The position numbers and the translations under genes were made by a program. Of a stretch of 64,000 bases of DNA, positions 54,445 to 64,000 are shown one piece after another. The notes below the pieces were generated by a model, which was not told the DNA's origin, ran no database searches, and saw nothing but the letters and a program-made list of their open reading frames with translations. Source of the stretch: Antechinus flavipes (Eukaryota). How positions within the stretch are numbered: position 1 is the stretch's first letter; each line of letters opens with the position of its first letter. The DNA is taken from assembly GCF_016432865.1 (NCBI RefSeq), contig NC_067398.1:725214001-725278000 (forward strand), in the 5' to 3' direction.

Positions 54445-57099
54445 GTTGGAGCTGGTTCTGGCCTGTGAATCCATTCTGGACGACTCGCGACTCGTGCCCA
54501 TCAGCGAGATCTGGGAGCAGGGAGGAAAGCTTTGGCTCGGGAGCATTTCTTTCCGTCATTGTGGCCTCGGGTTCTTTCCCCATGATTACTTTTGCATTAA
54601 GGGGCTCCGTTCTCAGGTATAACGCCATTACAGGCAGAAACTTCTCTCCCTGACAAACTCTTTTTAGCAGTCTAGGTCACGGCAGAAAGGCTTCACAATT
54701 CAAGGGATCCGTAGGTTTTTATTAAGTGCTTTCAGTGTTTTGGGCACTTTGTTAAAGCGCTGAGAAAACCGAGACAAAAGAAAACCGCTTTTTGCCTCCA
54801 GTGATTTACATTTGAATGGGGTGGAGAGGTGCCTTCCTAAGGAGATTTCCCTTTCACTGCAACTTAAACGTTTCTCTTTCTCTGCTACACCGAATGGAGC
54901 GGTCAGTCTCAAGTCTCTCCCACTCCAGCCCACCGTCCATTCTGCCACTCAAGCGATTTTACTAAAACGGATGTCCGATCATGTCCCACAAATCCATCCT
55001 CTCCCCAACGCAACACACTGGCTCCCTCTTGCCCCAGGAGCAAAAACAAAAATGCTGCTAGAAGTTCAAAGCCCTTTATAACTTGGTCCCCTTAGGCTTG
55101 TCACATCCCCGACCCATACTCTTCAGTCCAGGGACCCTGGCCTCCAGCTGTTCCCAATTCTCAATTCTTTTATTTATCTGAGGTGAGGGGGAGAATTACA
55201 AAGCATCTCCGACATATCGGGCACTGTGCTAAATGTGTGTTTTGTTTTTACAAGCGTCTCATTGGACATTATTTGAGGGGAGGAGGGAGGCAAGAGGGTT
55301 AGATGACTTGCCCAGAGTCACACAGCTAGTGTTGTCTGAGGGTGCAATCCTCCTGACTTCAGAACCAGTATTCTATCGGCTGCTCCGTCTGGTTGCTCCC
55401 CATCAGATATAATCTATTATAAAGTATCCTAGATATAGTTTGCAGGGACTATAATTGGCTTTTATATATATATATATATTCCCAGGGCTTAACAGTAACC
55501 AGAACAAAGCAGGTGCTTAATATTTATCTCATTAACATCCTTGATTCTGACTATCAATAGGCTCAAGTCAGGAAGATCCCAGTTCAACTTTGACTCGGAC
55601 ACTGTGTGATCCTGGGCAAAATCCTTACTGGGTACAACACGGGGACAATGACAGCCCCTCTCCCCACCCCCCTTGCTGTGAATTGTGACGGGCTTAGCCA
55701 AGTGCCTGGGATACTGTCAGTGCTGTATAAATGCCAGCAGTCAATGAGACCCACAGGAAAAGCTGGAGGGGAGGCAATAGAAGCTCTCAGACCTCCCAGA
55801 GTTGAATTGTGAAGAGAAAGGCGCCTGGTGAGGGAAGCATCCCCATCTGATCCGCAGGAGGGTCGGAGGCTGGCCTGTGCAAAGGGATGGGTGTGAGAGA
55901 TGGCGATTTGTGGGGGAGCAACGTCCCCCACGTTGGGTTGTAGAGAGAATGAAGGGCAGTCAGGTCAGAGTGATGCTGTTTGAGTGATCTAGATTAGTGG
56001 TTATGAGAGTTGCTAAGAATTCCCTTTAAATTGGCTGCAGGTTCTAGGAGTGAAAGACTTCACTCACTCCCGAATATTAGTTGCAAAATGAAAGTTTGTT
56101 GTTGCATAGAAATCAGTTTACCAGGAGCCTGATTTCTATAGTAGCAGATCTATGGGAAAATGGAGTTTTGCACTGAGAATTTAGTTCTCAGTGGACAGAA
56201 AGGTCCCTCTGCAAAAGACCCTCAGTGAAGGAAGCTGTTATATTGGGTCTTAGTCGACAACCCGATCTCCTATTGGAATTAACACTTCAAAGGGATGCTT
56301 TTTGAGCCATTCTCTAAAGATAATTTACCTGGGGGGATTTGCCTTCCCCAAGAATGATTGAGATTCTGAAAGGGATCACAGATCAATGGGAAATAGTTTC
56401 TTAAAAGGTTCACAACCCGCTTCAAGAGTAGCAAGGAAAGGCAAGAGGGAGCCGAGTCAGGAAGTCTTAAATGCCAGACGAGATTGTACTTAGTTATGGA
56501 GGATACTGTAGAGTCACTGGAGCATTCCCAGGAGGAACACGCCATTAGAGCTACAGGAAAATCATAAGTAGGGGACAGGTCCCCGTGGGTACCATCTGAG
56601 GCAGGAAGACTGCCAGGTGCTGCACTTGGAGGCAGCCCGGTCTGATCTCCTCTTGAGCTTCACTGTGCATCCGGACACGGCCCGTGGGGTTCCCCAAAGT
56701 TTTGTTCTTTATTGCGGTGGGTTCTGACAGAACCCAGATCATTCCTTTTAACTCTTAGCCCTGAATGCCAAACCTGAGGAAGTACTTTACCCTGACAAGT
56801 CCGGAAAATCCCAGAGCTCACTTCCCCATGACAGAGCCAATTCTCAGAACATTCATATTTTGGGTCACTGTGACTTGTTCTTTGACCTTAATGCGGGTGA
56901 GCAACCTCAGCATGCTCCGGGTCTCATGTTTGTCAGGGGAACTGCATGTTACCTTCCTTGTTCTCAAGTCAGCACAAACTTCAGAACAGAGCCCAGACCA
57001 CTGGGCCCCAAGAGAAGAACAGACAGGCGTCCATGGCAATTAACCAGAGAGGAGGTGGCCATGGCAGTAGAGCTGAGGGGCTGGGGAGAAAATGTGAGC

Positions 57100-57480
57100 T
57101 GATCATTGATTAGAGGAAGGGTGAGAGTGGAAAACTGAGACTGGTGCTGAAGCTGTGAAACTCAGCAAACAGAAGAAAGGGGGTGCTCTTGAAAATTAAT
57201 TTTCAAGAAAAGTAGATTTTGGGGAAAAGCTAATGAGTTGCTTGAGTTTGTGATGTTGATGGGATCTGCGGTTCATTGTGAATGTCTAGTAAGCAGGTCA
57301 TGACAGGAGATGGGGCAATTTGAACTCAGGTGAGAGACTAAGGCTAAATATTAGATTTGGGAATCATCTATAAACTCGATAAATGAATTGAAGGAAGCTG
57401 CAGAGATCACTGAGTGAAAGCCTACAACAGAAGGGGGCTCAGGACAGAGCACTGGAGCTGATGGGGATGATGATCCAAAC
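57100..57480 (-). mobile_element. L2 fragment
   Basis: gggcaatttgaactcaggtgagagactaaggctaaatattagatttgggaatcatc...gggggctcaggacagagcactgg. Confidence 0.55.
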
Positions 57481-57493
57481 AAAGGAGTAATAA

Positions 57494-58993
57494 TCAAAAG
57501 GCAGAAAAGATGGAGGGAAGTGTTTCATTTGTCGTGGGTCTCTCTGGCGTGAGTTTTTTGGTGTTTTCTGAGATCTGAGCTCTGACTGAAGGCCTTGCCA
57601 CACTGCTGACATCTGTAGGCTTTTCCCCGGTGTGGATTTGGTGCCTTTTCAGTTCCTGGCCATGGTGGAAAGCCTTCCCGTACTCACACTTGTAGGGCTT
57701 CTGGTCAGTGTGGACCTTCCAATGCTCATTCAGAGCCAAGTTCAGGCAGAAGGTCTTCCCGCAATCCGCACACTCGTAGGGCTTCTCCCCGGTGTGGATT
57801 CTCTGGTGCTGCTTGAACTGCTCCCTGCGGATGAAGGACCTCCCACAGACTGGACACTCATAGGGCTTCTCCCCAGTGTGGATTCTCTGGTGCTCCTTGA
57901 GCTCCTTCCTGCGGCCAAAGGCCCTCCCGCAGTCCCTGCACTCGTAGGGCTCCCCGGTATGGGTTCTCTGGTGCTGCTTGAGCTGCTCCCTGCCGCTGAA
58001 GGACCTCCCACAGACTGGACACTCATAGGGCTTCTGCCCGATATGGGTTCTCTGGTGCCTTTTCAGATCTTGGCTGTGGTGGAAGGCCTTCCCGCACTCG
58101 CCACACGGAAAGGGCTTCTGGCCACTGTGAATGGTCTGATCCTGGAGCAGCTACACTTGCAGGCCGAAGGCCTTTCCACAGTCGTTGCAATCATATTGCT
58201 TCTCACCTGTGTGGATTCTCCAATGTGGCGGGATCTGGGCCCTTGGGCTGAAGGCGCCTCCACAGTCACTGTGATTGTAAGCTTTCTCCCTAGAGTGAAT
58301 TCTCCGATGAGGAATGAGTTCTTTCTCTGGAGCAGACCCCAGCACAGTCATCCCACTTAGAGAGTTTCTCTCCTTGATGAACCCTCGGATGCCGAGTGAG
58401 TTGTGTTGTCCCGACAAAGCCCTGCCGACATACGTCCCATTTATGAGGATTCTCTTTGCTCTCACTGTCTGTTGTTCACTCGGCGCTGGATTCAGCGTAT
58501 TCCAACTGGTATTCCAATCATTCCATTCACAAGTCTCTCTGGTACAGATTCTACAAGTTCCAGAATGCGCTGAGTTGTGCCAAAAGGATTTCCCACATTT
58601 GTGACATCTAGAATTTTCTTTGAGCAAAATCTACTACTTTTTCCTCACATTTGTATATGGCCTAAAGCACCTTCTATGAGATCCAAACACCGAAAGGCTT
58701 TTCATCTCTCTGCTGTAGGAAAAGATTTGGTTTCTGTAGGACCCTCTGTCCATAATCAGCATATTCAAGGCCTCTTGATTGATTCAGAGAGTTCATTTGT
58801 GTGACTGTAACTTGACAGGAATGCTGCCCTCCTGGGCTCTGCTGCCTCTCTAATTTGAAATCATATTCGAAGTCTTCGTCCCAAATGGAAAAGCAGGAAC
58901 AGTTTCTCCCAAGTTTTTCCTGCAGCAGTTCTTCCACTGACATGCCTACCTCTTCTCGAAATGCTTCTTTGGATTCATGTGGAATCTTCCATT
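57494..58993 (-). pseudogene. Paralog D: disrupted zinc-finger exon (pseudogene or 3' end of a KRAB-only gene)
   Basis: Acceptor cccatttctttcag|AATGG at 58993 (phase 1, E-W-K-I-P-H-E-S-K-E), homologous to genes A-C. TAG at 58674-58676 before any finger, then frameshifts, TAG at 58151-58153, and ~6-7 recognisable fingers. I found no KRAB exons in 59-64 kb. Confidence 0.85.
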
Positions 58994-59433
58994 CTGAAAG
59001 AAATGGGAAAAAAAAAAGTGAATTGTCCCACCAGTCTTGGTTGAATGCCCAGCCCTGTCTTATACATCCATCCAGAAAGAGCATTTCCTAAACTTATTTT
59101 TCAGCAAAATGTACTATAGTTTTTTTTTTTTTTTTTTTTTAAGTACTATAGTTTTAGTCAAATAAAGACAAGCTCCCTCAGCAGTTTGTCCTCTTGGGTT
59201 GGCTGATCCGATACTAACCTGCAACATACATCCGCCTCTGGGACTTCATTAACTTACCTCATGCCCTGATCTACTTTTTCATTTTTAAAGCGTATCAGAT
59301 ACTTCTGAAAATAACTGCTTTTTAATGTCATTTTGAGACCTTGTAATGGCAGAGCCATTTTTATTCCCTCTTTCTATAGATTATTTCCCTTGATATTCCT
59401 TTTTTCCCCCTCCATCCTAAATTATTGTTATTA

Positions 59434-59560
59434 TTTTTTGCTGAGGAACTTGGGGTTGTGACACAAAGCTAGGAAGTGTGTCTGAGGCCAGATTTGAACT
59501 CACTCAGGTCCTCCTGATTTCAGGGCTAGTGCTCTATCCACTGCACCACCTAGTTGCCCC
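59434..59560 (-). mobile_element. WSINE1-like SINE
   Basis: tcaggtcctcctgatttcagggctagtgctctatccactgcaccacctagttgcccc. Confidence 0.85.
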
Positions 59561-59569
59561 TAAATATTT

Positions 59570-60480
59570 TTTAATAATAGCTTTTAATTTTTCCAAATAC
59601 ATGCAAAGACAATTTTCAACATTCATCTTTGTAAAATCTTGTATTTCAAATTTTTCTCCCTCCCTCCACCTTCTGCTCCCTCCCCTAGATAGTAAGAAAT
59701 CCATTAAAAGTTAAATATGTGCAAATTCTTCTAAACATGTTTTCATCCATATAAAGATTATAACCATAATATTGCTATTGTTTTGTCTATTTCCACAACA
59801 AGTTATTGTTGTACTATAGTTCTCAAAATAGATTGGCACAGCATCAATACTGGATTCTGTGAAAAATTCTCTTGTTTACGTGTCCTTCAGGTCCTTGAAG
59901 GCGGGTATCTCCTGAATAAAGCACAGTGGCTGGCATATAGTTGTTTGATATCTTGCATTTTAAAAAACCTGCAGATCCTGGAAGCTTGTCTTTGAGCTAT
60001 TTTGTGTTCCTCTCTCCTTAAAAAATATCTTAAACAGAATCTTTATTTCTATTTTTATCTCCTAACTTCTCATAGTTGTTCAAGGAAATATCTATGATCT
60101 CTCTGGATTTGTTTCTTGTACTGATAATTTGTTAAAGCAAGTGTGTCAATTCTAAGATGGATTCTCCAAAGTTTTTTAAGCAAATCATTATATCATCTAC
60201 CAAGAGGTATAATTTTGCCTTTGCCAGTACTTATTTCTTTCTTTTTCTTATTTCTTTGCTATAGGCAGCATATCTAAGAATGATTTAAATAATAGTCAAG
60301 AAAGAAGACATCCTTAATTTCACTCTGATTTTACAGAAAATCTTCCCATGATTTTTCATTAGGCACAATTAACTTTAGACAAATGCATTTGATCAAATTA
60401 AAGAAAGGTCTGTCTGCTGATATATTCTTGATTGTTTTGTAGCACGAATGTTTTTTCTTAAAAAAAAAAAAAAAAAAACC
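59570..60480 (-). mobile_element. Old L1 fragments (3' end and RT region)
   Basis: ttttccaaatacatgcaaagacaattttcaacattc (reverse L1 tail) and tttaaataatagtcaagaaagaagacatcctt (reverse RT-region text). Confidence 0.55.
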
Positions 60481-60591
60481 TAATGTATCATTTTTTTTCT
60501 TCATTGACAATTGTTGTTTTTATTATTAGCATATTGCCAATATGTTAATATCACAAGACAACAATTTTTAGAGTGTTTGCTCATGTCTTTT

Positions 60592-60731
60592 TTCCCCCTG
60601 AGGCAAATGGGGGCCCAGAGTCACACAGCTAGGAAGTGTCTAGGAAGTGTTAAGTGTCTGAAACCAGACTTGAACTCAGGTCTTCCTGACTTCAGACTGG
60701 TGCTCTATCCACTGCCCCACCTACCTGCTCC
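60592..60731 (-). mobile_element. WSINE1-like SINE with an internal 11-bp duplication
   Basis: gtcacacagctaggaagtgtctaggaagtgttaagtgtctgaaaccagacttgaactcaggtcttcctgac. Confidence 0.8.
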
Positions 60732-60879
60732 TACTTGCTCATTCTTATTGCAGTTTATGATAAGCTTTTGTAAAAAGAATACCAATCTCATTACCAACAT
60801 CTATTTCATCAAGTGAGAACAATTATAATAAATTCAACAAGATTTTCCAAAATAAATAAAAATTAATTTAATATTAAGT

Positions 60880-61265
60880 TATTAGTGATACAAAACAATT
60901 CCAATAGACTTTGGAAGGAAAATGCCATCTGCACTGAGAGAAATACCTGTGGAGACTGAATATGGATCAAAACAACTATTTTCACCTTTTTGTGGGGGGT
61001 TCTGTTTTGGGGGGTTTTGTGGTTATTTCTTGTGGTTTTTCCCTTTTGTTCTGATTTTTCTTTTTCAACATAATTCATATGGAAATGTTGAAAACTGATT
61101 GTACATGTATAACATGCATAACAATTTGCATGGTATCTTGGGGAGGGAAGAAGTAAGAGAGGAAGGCAGAAGAAATAATTGGAACTCAAAATCTTACAAA
61201 AATGAATGTTGAAAATCATCTTTACTTGTAATTGAAAAAACAATATACGATTAAAATAAAAAAAT
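60880..61265 (+). mobile_element. Old L1 3' UTR
   Basis: ccaatagactttggaaggaaaatgccatctgcac...gaatgttgaaaatcatctttacttgtaattgaaaaaa. Confidence 0.7.
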
Positions 61266-62589
61266 ACTAAGTTATTTTAATGCCAAGGGGACACTAAAGA
61301 AGATGGTGAAAAATGTGTTCTGGAAAAACAAGGCTATGAAGAAGGAACAAGAAAAGCTCGTATATTGTATAGAGTACTCACAACCATGTATCAGGAATAC
61401 TTTCAATGGTCACTGGATAAGGTGAGCACAAAAACTCTCTCGAAAAATGAAATGGATTATATTTGAACAGACAGGACATAAACTGACTGCTGATATGGGA
61501 ATCATTTCCAAATCAGCTATGTCTATGTAATCACATTGCCAACTTTTTAGAATCATCATCAAAATCAATGTAAACCAATTTACTAAAGGGAAGAAAACCC
61601 AAATTAAAATAACTCTGAGGTTTTATCTAAGCTACAGCCAGTGAATTTACCTAGCAAATTTAAAAACCAAAGCCACAACAGTTAACTTATACAGGAGTGT
61701 GGAAACACAGATAGACATGCTTCTGACAGAGCTGTGAACTGTCCCAATTATGCTAGAAAATAATTGAGAATTATGTGAGAGAAGTCAGTGAACTTAAATG
61801 ACCAAAAATCACATACCTAGGCATACAGTCCAAAAAGGTCAAAGACAGAAAAAAAAAGATCCAGTTATATCCAAATGTTCTTTGCAACCAATTAATTATC
61901 AAGCAGTGTTTTAGATTCTGGACTACATAGTGTCTGACACATGGTAAGGACTTAATAAATGTTCATTTCATAGCATTTACTCTCCCAGGTACTTATACTC
62001 TAAGGGAGTGCTTACATATACACATGAGCATATGCAAAACTAACTTAAATACTCCCACGATTTGGAGAATTCCTCATTTTTGATGGTTCTTCATGTCACA
62101 GACTGCAGACCATTTCTTGGGACTTTTGCCCATGCTTTCCACTCAGGAGGTCGACTCAACACACTAGCTCACTTTCTTTCGCTATCATACATTTCCCTGA
62201 CTTTTATTCTTCACAGTCAAATATTTGTTCTAAGATCCATCTCTCCACTTTTGAGGGGAGGAATGTAACCTTTTCATTACCACGTGATTATGGTTAAGGA
62301 ATAAGGTTATTATTGTTGTAATTTTTTTAAGGGATCTGAAATGATTTTGAGATACTACTGAAATACTACTGAGATGTTAGAAAAGAACCTTTAATACAAC
62401 ATTTTGCTCTATCGAATCTACCTATTTCCCAGGCCTGGGCCTGGTATTGGTGCTGCTGGGTCAAAAGGATATATGGTTTGATAATTGGGGGGCAGAGTTG
62501 CTTTTAAGGACGGCTAAACTAATCACAGATCCAACAGTGTATTAGGGTAACTACTCAGGTCCTCATGGACAGCTTGAAGGGTGGAAAGC

Positions 62590-62900
62590 AGAAGTGAAAG
62601 TTGCTTGCATTTGCATTTCTCCCCCAATGGTTTGGAGCATTTTTTCATGATAGTTGATAACCTTGGATTCTTCCTATTCCTACCCTCTGACCCCTTATCT
62701 ACTGGGAATGGTCCTGTTCTTATCAATTTGGATCAGTTTCTTGTATATCTTGGACTTGAGCCCTTGATACAAAGATCTTTCCCAATTACCTATTCCCTTA
62801 AGTGCATTAGATTTGTTTGGGTAAAAAATTTTGTGATTATGCATAATCAAAATTGCCCATTTTATCTTCTGTGATTCTATCTTTTGTTTCATCTTCTATC
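62590..62900 (-). mobile_element. Old L1 ORF2 fragment
   Basis: ttgcatttgcatttct...tttggagcattttttcatgatagttgataacc; the minus-strand translation includes YQGLKSKIYKKLIQI. Confidence 0.6.
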
Positions 62901-63623
62901 CACAAATCTAAAAGACAATTTCTTCCTAGTTCCAAAGTCACTTGACTTAACCATCACTGAAAAGCTATGGGCTACAAGAGTAGATTTAGGAAAATGGAGC
63001 GCTCGGGGTATATTCAATATCCAATGTGATCAAATATGGTCTCATGAAGAATAAAAAAAAACATATGTCAAAACCTTGTAAATTCAATTGGGAAGGAGAG
63101 CTGTGGGGGCAGGAAGGACAGACCCACAAAGACAAAACTGGTCCTTGCCCTCCAAGCACTCACAGTCTAACGGGGAAAACAAGATGCAGATAATTAGGAG
63201 CAGAAAGAGAGAGCCAGGAGAAACTGAAGGATAAACAAAAGAATGGCAAATCACGGAAAGCAAGAGATTGCAGCCCAAGGACAAAGGGCATAGCTTTTTC
63301 AAGATATAAGACGTTATAAGGTTATTTTACAATCCAATTAATTTAATTATTTTATTTTTCCCCAGTTAATCTGTGGACTTGGGTAAAAAAAGAAATTGTG
63401 TTTCCTTAACCTGCTCCTTGTTAAGTGAATACAATCTATTTGGGTTTTCAGCATCTTCAGAGGCATGAGGGGAGAATCTTAGATTTTAGGGGATGGAGAG
63501 AGAGGAAAGTTAAACCTTATGGGCAAAGTTCAGAGGTCAGTTTCAAAGTTTCAACCTTTCACCTGTGAATAAATAGCATGTCCTGTCTTTCCTGGTCACA
63601 AAAGATTTAGAAATTTTTAGTCT

Positions 63624-63820
63624 GTTGTTGTTTGTCCTTTGTTCTCAAAGGGGACCCTGGACATCAGGGAGATGATGCCCTGACACAAGAGTGAATTGGA
63701 TCTAAGAGAGGGAGGGCTGGGCAAAGCCACTGCCTCACTTTCCCTTCCAGAGCCACTGGAGTCCGGGGCCAGATATGGATCAGGAGGACTGGAGAAGGCC
63801 CCGATGCAGTAGGAGACCTA
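63624..63820 (-). mobile_element. RTE-derived 3' end (MAR1/RTE-type)
   Basis: gttgttgtttgtcctttgttctcaaaggggaccctggacatcagggagatgatgcc...gtgaattggatctaagagagggagggctg. Confidence 0.7.
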
Positions 63821-64000
63821 GGAAGCAACTGAGGCAAAGAATTTCCTTTTTTACCTAGTCAAAAACAAAACAAAACAAACAAATCCCCCGCCCCCAAACA
63901 AATAAATAAACCTGGGAGGGGAAGACACTCAGGGTTCCTGGCCAGAACAGAAATGACTGCAGCTGGTGTTCAATCTGAATCATTCAGGACCCAGACAAAG

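Noticed and set aside
54493-54510. CAGCGAGAT resembling the 3' part of a tRNA-Thr primer-binding site
   Set aside because: It lacks the leading TGG and any adjacent LTR-terminal CA, and it overlaps a GCCCATCAG motif shared with the tandem repeat.

Overview
This is vertebrate genomic DNA, most likely from an Australian marsupial (possibly a dasyurid; inferred from the WSINE1-, MAR1- and RTE-like repeats and the L1 3' UTR style). It holds a head-to-tail cluster of KRAB-C2H2 zinc-finger genes, all on the minus strand. Three genes can be assembled by hand with GT-AG introns and continuous frames: A (5207-21576, about 825 aa, 19 visible fingers plus 1 inferred in an N gap), B (25977-34658, 718 aa, 15 fingers) and C (40155-49645, 832 aa, 19 fingers). 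Each has a 36-nt ATG exon, a 127-nt KRAB-A exon, a 96-nt KRAB-B exon, a large finger exon and its own CpG-island promoter. A fourth paralog, D (57494-58993), has a broken finger exon, and I found no KRAB exons for it in the window. The rest is L1 (two nested insertions with TSDs), L2, RTE, CORE-SINEs, LTR-like elements, a ~27-copy minisatellite and a 54-bp triple repeat. I see no CRISPR array, rRNA or convincing tRNA, and no clear evidence of a wholly new biological system. The best leads are: (1) a non-coding intron block more similar between B and C than their KRAB exons are; (2) an L2 relic moved next to promoter C by a deletion, with a ~17:1 AT-vs-GC skew against its paralog; (3) a possible KRAB-only gene D with an orphan GC-rich finger block; (4) 4-finger periodicity in gene B; (5) a TATA box followed by hairpin-bearing tandem repeats. 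All alignments and counts were done by eye, and repeat family names come from recalled consensus features, not database searches.
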